Source: Nemertoderma westbladi (Eukaryota; Animalia; Xenacoelomorpha). Taken from it: a DNA stretch of 64,000 nucleotides. The translations under genes and the position numbers were made by a program. The notes beneath the pieces are model-generated. The model saw nothing but the letters and a program-made list of their open reading frames with translations. It had not been told where the DNA came from and did not search any database. The DNA lies in contig JAUCBJ010000358.1 of assembly GCA_032718475.1 (NCBI GenBank), forward strand, positions 34,900 through 98,899, given 5' to 3'. Below, piece after piece: positions 38,606 through 50,044 of the stretch (position 1 is the first letter of the stretch; the number at the start of each line of letters is the position of its first letter).

Positions 38606-39268
38606 GTATATAAACAAGCCTAGCCAATAATTCATTGCTATGATCAAAGAGTTGTGTCCGTCGCTTATTATTACAGCAGAATAATAAACTAGGCATTGCA
38701 TTGTAGGCCTATTTGTTTAGTTTTTACTTATTAAAGTTAATTGAATTGTGTCTGCAGTATAGTGCACAGCGCTGCCAAGACCAATTTCGTTAGATTAATT
38801 TTTTGCACGTGTTGCTGCAGTGGTAGCCACTTTTATATTTTACCGCACCTACGGTAACCCTTTTACAATCGAAATACAAATTTTACTTATTTTATTATTC
38901 CCAAAATTTCAACTTACTTAACATTGTGACTTTCGACTGCCGCTTGTAATCACATAATTTATACAAACATACGTTCCGTAATGTTAAAATTTTGGAATAA
39001 TTCTTTGTTTGCACTCACACTCTACATTCGTTTGTAAAACTCATCCTACTAAAGTATAATGATCATAAATAAAATTGTATTTAGTGCCATTTCCAACATA
39101 TGAATATAGCGTAGTGATTGAAAATTTATTTTCATTTTAACAAAATTAAATACAGGTTCTTATCTCACAACAGTTATCCAGTACATTTCCAACAGAGAAA
39201 ATCTATTCAACATTATTATTTGGTATATATTATTTATTTATAAACTAGAATCCTAAAGTTGGCGAGTC

Positions 39269-42121
39269 ATGAACGAAGATGGGGGCGAAGCACCGGAACC
39301 GGATCCACAACCGGATTCCGGGCCAGTTCCGGATCCCATTGCACCGGTCGCACCCCGGATACAATCAGCTGACAACCTAGTCCTCGCCGAGGTCTCCGCC
39401 AGTCCCGCGTTCCAATGTCTCGACGATCTGTTTCAGGAGGGGAACATAACGGGAACACGCGTCGCTCATCTCAAATCGATGTACACCCAACTCCACGATC
39501 TACTGCGGGAAAAACGACAACGAGAAATCGAGTTGACGGAGGAAATAAAAGTGAATACAGCGGATTTAGAAAGGCAAGCGATGGCCCTCGATAAAGCTGA
39601 TGGGTTTCCTGAAGGATACACAGATGACGCATCACAGCTAAGGATAGAATTACTAAAACACATGAACGAATTGGATCTTAGCAATGATCGCATATTTCAG
39701 TTGGATTATAAAGTCAATAACTTGTCAGAAGAACGCGATATGTTGGATAGGGAGTACGGGAGAATGCCAAAAAAGGATGAAATTGATAAACAAATTAAAG
39801 ATTTAAACGATGCGAATGACGGCCTTGAAATGGAAATCACTCAACGAAAAGCCGAAGCTAAAATGTTGAGGGAGGATTTGGATTCAAAAAATCGCCAGTT
39901 AGATTTGGACAGACGTGAGTTTCGCGGGATATTTACTGTACAAGAGGATCTTAAAAACGATCTGGTTATGGTTCACACAAAACCTGGTCAAATCAGCAAA
40001 GAAATCGACAAATTGTTGCGCTCTAAATTAGATTTCGAGACAGAACTCAATACATTACAACAAAATTACGATGATCTCCACGCAGCAGTGACAAAGGGAG
40101 AAGAGAATTTGCGAAGTCTAGAGGGAGATAAAAATTCTTTGCAAACTAAGTTAGACAGACAAAGAACGCAACTCGATTCAAAACAAAGAGACTTTGATGG
40201 TCTTCAGAAAGAGTATGATTATGCAAAGGAGAAGTGTAACATACTTCTAGGGGATAGCGCCACTCTCGATCTAAGTATTCGCCATATAATGACCGAGAAA
40301 AAGGGTCAACACGATCTAAATACGAGGATGACTCGGGAAAAAGACCAGGCCTTGAAAAACCTGAAGAAAATCGAGTTACAACTGAAAGTATCACGAGAAT
40401 CATTGAACGTGTTAGGGAATATACAAGATAAGGCTAAGAACGCCCTCGATCTACAACCAAAGGACGATGGATCATTTGCATTGAAACAGAAAGAACTTTT
40501 ACGAGAGGTTGAAGCGACTAAACGAGCTTTAGCTCATCAAAATTCGATGACCGCTATGGAAAGTATGAAGGTTGAACAAGCAATCAAAGAGCAACAAAAG
40601 TTGAGATACGCACAGAGTGATTATAAGATCCAGGATGATGAGTTAAATCGTGTTGTCCGTATAAAATCAGATGAAAGAGAAGATAAATCAAGAGAATTAA
40701 TGAAAGCGGAACTGCGATACCAAAGAGTTTTACAAGAATTAAAGACTCGTAAGTTAGCTATTGGAGATAATTATAAGAAGTTCCAAGATATGCAGGCCAA
40801 ACTCAGTGATTTTGCAAAATTATACGAGGTGATTAAAAACGAGAGGAATAAATGCGTTAATCTTATCCAAACGAGTCAACAGAAAGCAGCGGAAATGAGA
40901 GAGAAAATCAAGATTTTAGATAACGAGGTCGAGATTCTGAGGTCGGCAGTAATAGCGAAGGAGAGGCAATTGCAAAAGTCGAGGTTGAAACATATGAATG
41001 GAATAGTAATACGGGATGGAATGCGTAACGAGTTGAGTAAAAGGAACAGAGAAGAACGCGAGATGGCAGAAACTCGAGACCAACAGCGGTTGGATCTCGC
41101 CAAGCTCAACATGATGCTGAACGCTACGGAACAACACATGGTGCAGCTGAGGAAACGGTTTGAGACGGGAGTCGAGAGCCGGAACAACCGGGGGATTGAG
41201 TTGATAGAGCGAAACGAGGAGGTTTGTATCTTGTACGAGAAGATCAACATGCAGGATATGACTGTGCGGAATGGAGAGGTGGAGATTCAAGCGAGGGAAG
41301 AAGAGTTGAGATTCCTTAAAGTCCAAGTCCAAGAATTAAATCGGATTATCGGTTTACTCCGAAAGGAAGTTCCAGTGAAAGATTCGTTGGAAAAAGAAGT
41401 GGAAATCAAGTTGATTCAGCACAGACAAATGCAGCACAGGATGCTGGAGTTGGAGGAGTTACTAGAGGATGCAGACACCCCGGCTAGAGTTCGGTATCTA
41501 TCCGGTAGCGATGGCAACCCGGAGCAACTAAATAACCATATGGAACACCTCGAGATCCGCTTAGCGCAGAAAGAAGAAGCCCTTCTAGAAAAGGAACTCT
41601 TGTTTGAACAAGTTTTCAGACTTTGCGAACGCGTGAAAAATAAATCAACAGCTGGTAAGGAGGACACGTTAAATTTAGCCAAAAAGGTAAACGAATACCA
41701 GAGTAAAATAAAAGAAGTTACGAGAAAGATTATGGCGCGTGTCTCTGAACTGTCTATGTACCAAGCTCAGGCGATAAAACTACAACAGGAGGTCAGGGAG
41801 AAAGAAAGCGATTTGGAACAGTCGTATATCAGAATGGAGAGGGGCGAAGCTCCAACAGAAGAGGCCTTGGTTGCATGGCGACGAGAGATACGCTTAGAGA
41901 AAATGCGCATGCGCGATAAGGAGGCGGCGGAGATGGAACGAGATGCCGATGAACAAATCGCCGCAGGTGTAGAACCTCGTCCTAACGCCTACATCCCGGC
42001 TGAACCTGACGCATTACCCATTCCTAGACCATACGGGGCCCATCCGCCATTCAAACCACAAGATCCCGGTTCCAATATTAGACACATACGGAAACCTATT
42101 GTAAAACCTATTGAAATATAG
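39269..42121 (+). CDS. CCDC146: Coiled-coil domain-containing protein 146 (MBO2 orthologue), 950 aa, single coding exon
   Basis: Long coiled coil; conserved blocks LYEVIKNERNKCVNLIQ, LIERNEEVCILYEKIN and C-terminal PRPNAYIP..LPIPRPYGAHPPFKPQDPGSNIRHIRKPIVKPIEI. Confidence 0.93.
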   Translation: MNEDGGEAPEPDPQPDSGPVPDPIAPVAPRIQSADNLVLAEVSASPAFQCLDDLFQEGNITGTRVAHLKSMYTQLHDLLREKRQREIELTEEIKVNTADLERQAMALDKADGFPEGYTDDASQLRIELLKHMNELDLSNDRIFQLDYKVNNLSEERDMLDREYGRMPKKDEIDKQIKDLNDANDGLEMEITQRKAEAKMLREDLDSKNRQLDLDRREFRGIFTVQEDLKNDLVMVHTKPGQISKEIDKLLRSKLDFETELNTLQQNYDDLHAAVTKGEENLRSLEGDKNSLQTKLDRQRTQLDSKQRDFDGLQKEYDYAKEKCNILLGDSATLDLSIRHIMTEKKGQHDLNTRMTREKDQALKNLKKIELQLKVSRESLNVLGNIQDKAKNALDLQPKDDGSFALKQKELLREVEATKRALAHQNSMTAMESMKVEQAIKEQQKLRYAQSDYKIQDDELNRVVRIKSDEREDKSRELMKAELRYQRVLQELKTRKLAIGDNYKKFQDMQAKLSDFAKLYEVIKNERNKCVNLIQTSQQKAAEMREKIKILDNEVEILRSAVIAKERQLQKSRLKHMNGIVIRDGMRNELSKRNREEREMAETRDQQRLDLAKLNMMLNATEQHMVQLRKRFETGVESRNNRGIELIERNEEVCILYEKINMQDMTVRNGEVEIQAREEELRFLKVQVQELNRIIGLLRKEVPVKDSLEKEVEIKLIQHRQMQHRMLELEELLEDADTPARVRYLSGSDGNPEQLNNHMEHLEIRLAQKEEALLEKELLFEQVFRLCERVKNKSTAGKEDTLNLAKKVNEYQSKIKEVTRKIMARVSELSMYQAQAIKLQQEVREKESDLEQSYIRMERGEAPTEEALVAWRREIRLEKMRMRDKEAAEMERDADEQIAAGVEPRPNAYIPAEPDALPIPRPYGAHPPFKPQDPGSNIRHIRKPIVKPIEI

Positions 42122-42450
42122 GAAATTTACCTGATTTATTATTAAATCATGTATATAATTAGGCCGAATAATTATCTCTTTATAGGATAAGCCTCTTAGG
42201 TTGGTTGACTTAAGCAGTGAGACAAATACTGTTATCCTATAAATTGTTACTGGTTTACGTATTTTATAAACAAAATTTAAATTATCTATGTATTTCAGAT
42301 TAATCACTTATTCATTATAAATTACAATGTTATAATTATATTTCAATTTTATCCTACCCGACGGCGATAAAAACAGAAAATAATAAAAAACTCAATAATA
42401 AATAATAGGAGAGTTATTTTTTACAGAACACAGGGAAACATTGTGCATAA

Positions 42451-42829
42451 GGGGCCGTCCAAGTATGACGTCAGCACTTTAGGGGGGGGGGGGGGGGGGG
42501 GTTGGGAAAATCTGATGACGTGCTGATGAGGGGAGGGGAGGTAGTCAGCCAAAATCTGACGTCAGCATGTTCATTTATAGGTGCTAGAAGAGATATAGCA
42601 GAAGAGTAAATAGCTTGCCTATTTAAATTGTTCGAAGCCCCCGAAGGCCCGTAGCACGACCTTATGTTTCAGTTACCTGTCTAGTCACCATGTTCAGTGA
42701 TTAGGACGCGAAATTTTTTTTAATCTGATTTAGATCTAATCTGATTTTTAATCTGATGACATCTGATTTAGGGGAGGGAGGGGGTCAACATTTTGGGGAA
42801 AAGTGCAGACGTCATACTTGGACGGCCCC
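42451..42829. mobile_element. PIF/Harbinger (Tourist-like) MITE
   Basis: TIR GGGGCCGTCCAAGTATGACGTC / GACGTCATACTTGGACGGCCCC; 3-bp TSD TAA on both sides. Confidence 0.9.
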
Positions 42830-43169
42830 TAAGTAGAACACATGTAGTCAGTGGAATACAGGCCAATGGGCGAACACAGTAATTAAATTCACCATGAAAT
42901 AATAACATGTGGGGTAAGAAAAAGTTTAGATCATAATACCGTAAGTTTAAGAAATCAATTACATTTTTTAGATTCCCAATCCATTTTCAAATCCATTCAT
43001 TATTATTAATACTACTGATCCTTTTAGACTGCCAAAAACTGTCTATTAAACTGTTAAAGGGAAACTTTCAGTTTCTGGCATTATTGATAGACCTTCTACT
43101 ATTCCGGTACCAGATGTGCCCACACGGTATGCCTATATGTAGTACAACGTGTGACTGACATAATCGACC

Positions 43170-43572
43170 GAAACCGAAATTCAACCGAAACGCCTCCTGT
43201 TTGCAAAACTACGCTCTCAAAATTCCAACCGAAACATCTCCAGTTTGCCCAACTAACGTTCCCCAAACTCAAACCGAAACGTCGCTAATTTGCCTAACTA
43301 ATGTTCCCCAAACTCCAACCGAAACGCCTCCTGTTTGCGAAACTACGCTCTCAAAATTCCAACCGAAACGTCTCCAGTTCGCCTAACTTACGTTCCCCAA
43401 ACTCCAACCGAAACGTCTCCAGTTTGCCTAACTAACGTTCCCCAAACTCCAACCGAAACGTCTCCAGTTTGCCTAACTAACGTTCCCCAAACTCCAACCG
43501 AAACGTCTCCAGTTTGCCTAACTAACGTTCCCCAAACTCCAACCGAAACGTCTCCAGTTTGCCTTACTAACG
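43170..43572. repeat. 45-bp minisatellite (CCAACCGAAACGTCTCCAGTTTGCCTAACTAACGTTCCCCAAACT), ~9 copies
   Basis: Read directly. Confidence 0.93.
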
Positions 43573-44257
43573 ATCCCCACCCACCAATAACTCTGTATTC
43601 CAACAAATCCGCGGGCGTTATACGTGATTCATAAAGCAATACACTTAATTATAATAATCCCATTGTTTCCAGGGCTTAATTAAAATAAAGAAGAACGCGT
43701 GACTTAAAATTATTAACTTCGATTCCATCCCTTTTATCTATTCATTTCTTTTCATCAACGTATTTCCTGTAAGTTTATTCAAAGAAAATCCCCAATGATC
43801 AATTATAAGTTAGTGGCTGGAGGTCTTCCATCCTGCCTATGAGATTTAATGAGGTCCTTTGGGTGAGAGAGATAGTTATAGAAGTGACTTCTAAGCTCCC
43901 CTGTAGGAGGTATTCTATCAAACTTCGTGTAGCACAAATGTTACTGATACTTATACACATTTTACGGTTTTATACATTTACAACGTGCAATTGTGCAGAA
44001 TTGTAAAAATATATAATTTTATGACATCTTTTTTTAGTCATTATCTCCTCTTTTTCATAATGTAGGTACCGGTACCTAATACTGGTAACCTAATACTATT
44101 CTTCTGTTTTTACTAGTACCGGTATTACAGTATAAAATAGTCAGTATACTATAATCCCTTTGGTGGTTAGGTCCAGAGGCTTTAGGTCCTGCGGTGCTGA
44201 GTCTTACTGTAGGTAATGACGCGGAACCATTGAGTATATTGCAGGTGACTACAAAAC

Positions 44258-44599
44258 AAAGACCCAAATAATAAAGACCTGTGCAAAACAGATGTGTTAA
44301 CTTTCGTTTATTGTTTTGGTTCCCCCAAAACGCCTCTGTAACCTGCTCCTTTACTAAGTTGCTCCTTTAAATGGCAATGTGACCTAACTTCCTATGGCAA
44401 TGGGACATAACGCTCTTTGGGACGTAACGCGACTTTACCTCTTTGTTTTGTACGGGCCCCAAAGAGTAGGTGCCATTGCATTTAAAGGAGAAGGTCAATA
44501 AAGGAACAGGTTACAGAAGCGTGTTGGGGAAACAAAAACAATAAACGAAAGTTAACATATGTTACAATATTATGCAGGTTTTTATTATTTGGGTCTTTG
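44258..44599. mobile_element. Old palindromic MITE whose two arms each carry the bipartite motif
   Basis: CAAAGACCCAAATAATAAAGACCTG / CAGGTTTTTATTATTTTGGGTCTTTG; arm similarity extends ~130 bp. Confidence 0.75.
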
Positions 44600-46344
44600 G
44601 TATCAAAACTAGTGTGATATGTGTGTCACCATGCCTACTCTACCATCAAGATCGACTACTGTAGTATTGTTTTGGTTAAAAAAGCCTGCCCTTCCTGCCA
44701 GAGTAACCTGCTCCTTACCCTTAATTGTTAAAGAGACCGTTTATAGTTTTTCTTAGAAAAACCTCTGAAACCTGCTCATTTCCCTCAATTGGTGAAGTGA
44801 TCGTTTATTGTTTTGGGTAAAAAGCCTGACTCAGTAACCTGCTCCTTGAACTTTAAACAACTGACAGTAGTTTACTGTATTAATTACAGTCTGGATGTGG
44901 AAAAAAAGGTGACCTAAAAGTAAATTAGAGAAAAAAAAGGGTAAAGAGAGTAAAAAAAAGGGACAAAATGAGCAAAAATTAGTAAATAAAAAATAACTGC
45001 CAATAATGTATATCAGGTACGGTGAGGTAATTACTTAGTACAGTAGTTACACAGAGTGGTGATACCAATAAAAATATATGACTGAAACTAAACGAGAAAC
45101 TAAAATCGGAACTGAATAAGAGGCGGTGACATACTAAAACTTTAATACGTTGAATGTTGACTTTAATTTAATAAGTCATCACGTAACCGTGATACCCCCC
45201 CCCCCCCCCCGCGCCCAGTAATACCCCAGCTCTCATATCTGCATTATCTTAAAGGTTCCAGAACAAACAAGAAAGGACATTGGGATTTAATTTTATAACC
45301 ATATTAACTGAGTTCTTTGAACTAAAAAGTTATAACTACTATGATAACCAACAACGCGAAATAAAACAAAACAAGCGCGAAATCGCGCAAAGGTCCACGC
45401 TACGCGGACCTAAAAAAACAATTACTAAATGTTAGTAAAAAGGAAGATGGAAATTAGGAGATTCTCTTAGTAAAACAGTAGGCCTATTAATCAAATTAAA
45501 AACTGCGAATTATTGGTAAACTTGATTTAAATAATAATATCAATTAAATAAATTCAATATAATTATACTGATGCCCTACAATAATTATAATTTATATACA
45601 TTTTAATTCATCATTAAGTAATATTAATATAAGCCCGTATGCATAAAGCGAGTAGGAAAAATACAATATATTTCGTAGGGGAGAAAATCTATTTCTTTTT
45701 TCATTTATTATTATTTACTTTTTAGTTATTATGGCCAATGTTTGCACACGCTCATGGTTTAACAATATCATTTGTTGGCATTACGATAGGTTCACAGAAT
45801 GAACCTAAGTTCGCTTTTATTTTAATATCAAAAATATTTAAATTATGATATTAATCAACTATATTATTCATCGATATTTTAACTTCTACATTTTCGATCA
45901 ATATATTATGATAGTTTCAATATTTTGGACAACTAATTCGCAGAAAAATGTAAAGAAATAACACATTCTATTCAATTGATAAATTGTGCAACTATGATAA
46001 ATTAAACGAAGCCCGCCAGGTCCATTCTACTGACGAGTCACAAATCACTAACTATTTACGTGATGGCATAAATTCCAACTTTTAGCCACCACTTCTTTTG
46101 TTGACAAAAAAAATGTGACTTGCACCCAATAATATAAATTAAAGAACACCATGGTTGCTTGGTTTCAATGGGAGTGGTTCCACTGGTAAGTAATTCATAT
46201 TAAAAATGTTGGGTATAAAAGGAAGTTCTGTATGATTGAAAAAAAAAATAAAGATTATACCAATAATTTTCTTTACTTAGAAGTTGAACTTTAGTATAAA
46301 ATTATTTTCAAGACATTTAAAAGGCATTTAACATTTAAAAATTC

Positions 46345-49040
46345 CTTATGTACGAAGTTTCGTACATAAGGAAGTTTGGTATATAAGGAAGTTTCGTAAA
46401 TAAGGAAGTTTGGTACATAAGGAAGTTTGGTACATAACGAAGTTTGGTACATAACGAAGTTTCGTTCATAAGGAAATTTGGTACATAAGGAAGTTTGGTA
46501 CATAAGGAAGTTTGGTACATAAGGAAGTTTGGTACATAAGGAAGTTTGGTACATAAGGAAGTTTGGTACATAAGGAAGTTTCGTAAATAAGGAAGTTTGG
46601 TACATAAGGAAGTTTCGTACATAAGGAAGTTTGGTACATAAGGAAGTTTGGTACATAAGGAAGTTTCGTAAATAAGGAAGTTTGGTACATAAGGAAGTTT
46701 GGTACATAACGAAGTTTGGTACATAACGAAGTTTCGTTCATAAGGAAGTTTGGTACATAAGGAAGTTCGGTACATAAGGAAGTTTGGTACATAAGGAAGT
46801 TTGGTACATAAGGAAGTTCGGTACATAAGGAAGTTTGGTACATAAGGAAGTTTGGTACATAAGGAAGTTTGGAAGTTTGGAAGTTTCGTACATAAGGAAA
46901 TTTGGTACATAAGGAAGTTTGGTACATAAGGAAGTTTCGTAAATAAGGAAGTTTGGTACATAAGGAAGTTTGGTACATAACGAAGTTTCGTACATAATTT
47001 GGAAGTTTGGTACAAATGGAAGTTTAGTACATATAAAAATAAAAGGAAATTTGGTACAAAAGGAAGTTTTGTATATAAGGAAGTTAGGTACATAAGGAAG
47101 TTTGGTACATAAGGAAATTTGGTACATAAGGAAGTTTGGTACATAAGGAAGTTTGGTACATAAGGAAGTTTCGCACATAAGGAAGTTTGGTACATAAGGA
47201 AGTTTGGTACTAAAGGAAGTTTAGTACATATAAAAATAAAAGGAAATTTGGTACATAAGGAAGTTTTGTATATAAGGAAGTTAGGTACATAAGGAAGTTT
47301 GGTACATAAGGAAGTTTCGTACATAAGGAAGTTTGGTACATAAGGAAGTTTGGTACATAAGGAAGTTTGGTACATAAGGAAGTTTGGTACATAAGGAAGT
47401 TTCGTACATAAGGAAGTTTGGTACATAAGGAAGTTTGGTACATAAGGAAGTTTGGTACATAAGGAAGTTTCGCACATAAGGAAGTTTGGTACATAAGGAA
47501 GTTTGGTACTAAAGGAAGTTTAGTACATATAAAAATAAAAGGAAATTTGGTACATAAGGAAGTTTTGTATATAAGGAAGTTAGGTACATAAGGAAGTTTG
47601 GTACATAAGGAAGTTTCGTACATAAGGAAGTTTGGTACATAAGGAAGTTTGGTACATAAGGAAGTTTGGTACATAAGGAAGTTTGGTACATAAGGAAGTT
47701 TCGTACATAAGGAAGTTTGGTACATAAGGAAGTTTGGTACATAAGGAAGTTTGGTACATAAGGAAGTTTCGCACATAAGGAAGTTTGGTACATAAGGAAG
47801 TTTGGTACTAAAGGAAGTTTAGTACATATAAAAATAAAAGGAAATTTGGTACATAAGGAAGTTTTGTATATAAGGAAGTTAGGTACATAAGGAAGTTTGG
47901 TACATAAGGAAGTTTCGTACATAAGGAAGTTTGGTACATAAGGAAGTTTGGTACATAAGGAAGTTTGGTACATAAGGAAGTTTGGTACATAAGAAAGTTT
48001 CGTACATAAGGAAGTTTGGTACTAAAGGAAGTTTAGTACATATAAAAATAAAAGGAAATTTGGTACATAAGGAAGTTTTGTATATAAGGAAGTTAGGTAC
48101 ATAAGGAAGTTTGGTACATAAGGAAGTTTCGTACATAAGGAAGTTTGGTACATAAGGAAGTTTGGTACATAAGGAAGTTTGGTACATAAGGAAGTTTGGT
48201 ACATAAGGAAGTTTCGTACATAAGGAAGTTTGGTACATAAGGAAGTTTGGTACATATAAAAATAAAAGGAAATTTGGTACATAAGGAAGTTTGGTACATA
48301 AGGAAGTTTGGTACAGAAGGAAGTTTCGTACATAAGGAAGTTTGGTACATAAGGAAGTTTCGTACATAAGGAAGTTTGGTACATAAGGAAGTTTGGTACA
48401 TAAAGAAGTTTGGTACATAAGGAAGTTTCGTACATAAGGAAGTTTGGTACATAAGGAAGTTTCGTACATAAGGAAGTTTCGTACATAAGGAAGTTTCGTA
48501 CATAAGGAAGTTTGGTACATAAGGAAGTTTGGTACATAAGGAAGTTTGGTACTAAAGGAAGTTTAGTACATATAAAAATAAAAGGAAATTTGGTACATAA
48601 GGAAGTTGGGTAAATGAGGAAGTTTGGTACTTAAGGAAGTTTGGTACATAAGGGAGTTTGGTACAAAAGGAAGTTTGGTACATATAAAAATAAAAGGAAA
48701 TTTGGTACAAAATGGAGTTTAGTACATATAAAAATAAAAGGAAATTTGGTACATAAAGAAGTTTCGTACATAAGGAAGTTTGATACAAAAATAAGTTTGG
48801 TACATATAAAAATAAAAGTAAGTTTGAAACATAAGAAAGTTTGGTACATAGGAAGTTTGGTACATAGGAAGTTTGGTACATAGGAAGTTTGGTACATAAG
48901 GAATTTTGGTACATAAGGAATTTTGGTACATAAGGAACTTTCGAACATAAGGAAGTTTGGTACATAAGGAAGTTTCGAACATGAAGTTTGGTACATATAT
49001 TTCGTACCTATAAAAATAAAAGGAAAGTTTGGTACATATA
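46345..49040. repeat. 17-bp satellite (AAGGAAGTTTGGTACAT) with a 299-bp higher-order repeat
   Basis: Unit read directly; variant cassette GGTACTAAAGGAAGTTTAGTACATATAAAAATAAAAGG recurs at ~47206, 47505 and 47804. Confidence 0.96.
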
Positions 49041-50044
49041 AAAGGAAAGTTTTTTGGATATTTGTAATTTAATCTAACGTAAAATAATTATTTATTACAT
49101 GGCAAAAAATTCGAACTTTTTTCACCATTCTCGAGGCATTATATTTACCGAGCGCCAGCGAGGTTAATAAAGGGTCGAGAGAATATTGAAAAAAAAGGTT
49201 ACCGGTATATGTTTTTTCCCATGTACAGTAATACGTAATTTTATTCTAAAATTTGTACTTTTTTGTTTCTCAATTCATTAATTGCTTCCATAGTTACTGC
49301 GATTCTAATTACTGTACTCTTCAACTCCTGATGCTGCCTTACTCAATGTTAAATACTTTAGTGTTCTCGAAAATTTATTACGTAACTAGAGAGCCGATTA
49401 ACTACAATTGGATATTGAGTTCCGTTTTCGAGTTCGCCTTGTAGGCAATAAAGTTGCAATAACTTTTGAGTGTGTGAATGTATTTTGCTCAAATTACCTG
49501 CAAACCTTTCCTACTTCGCTGCTCGCTGCTCTTTCAATACATGTAATAAAATTTAAAATATTCCACCAAAAATATTTATTCTACATTTTTCGGCGGGAAA
49601 AAAGTAAAACCAATGCTATCGTATGGGTTACCATATTTCCCTAGGGAAAAAAAGTACTACGTTTTCCTCCCGATTTTGAGGTGTATTCGATCGAAAAAGT
49701 AACAATTTAAGAATAAAATACATATAAATAACGTTAGTTAGGCCGCCTATTTTTACGTTAAATATTAACTCAAAATATTAAAAAATACAAATTAAAATAT
49801 CCGGTCATAACTGTCAATTTTTAACGACATAATGTCCTGATTCACATTTGTTGTGTAGGGGTGTAAGACTCAAGTAACAAAAACCATACATTGAATTTTT
49901 TACGAATGTCTGACATATACCCAACGTTAGATTAACGATGATGGTTTGCAGGGTTAATACCTGAATCATCGAATTAAAAACAATAAACTGTAAATAATTT
50001 AAAATATTACAATTAAACGTCAAAATATTGACGAAATTAGTTGA

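Noticed and set aside
43201-43639. Mucin-like PTETSPVCLTNVPQT ORF
   Set aside because: Confined to a 45-bp minisatellite with frame-breaking units; no true ATG or splice context.
12325-45210. Long poly-C/poly-G runs (12325, 14064, 16466, 34073, 35464, 42482, 45195)
   Set aside because: Simple homopolymers, several inside MITEs; lengths are unreliable and no shared context suggests a function.
46291-48996. MYQTSLCTKLPYVPNFL repeat ORFs
   Set aside because: 17-bp satellite read in rotating frames; not coding.
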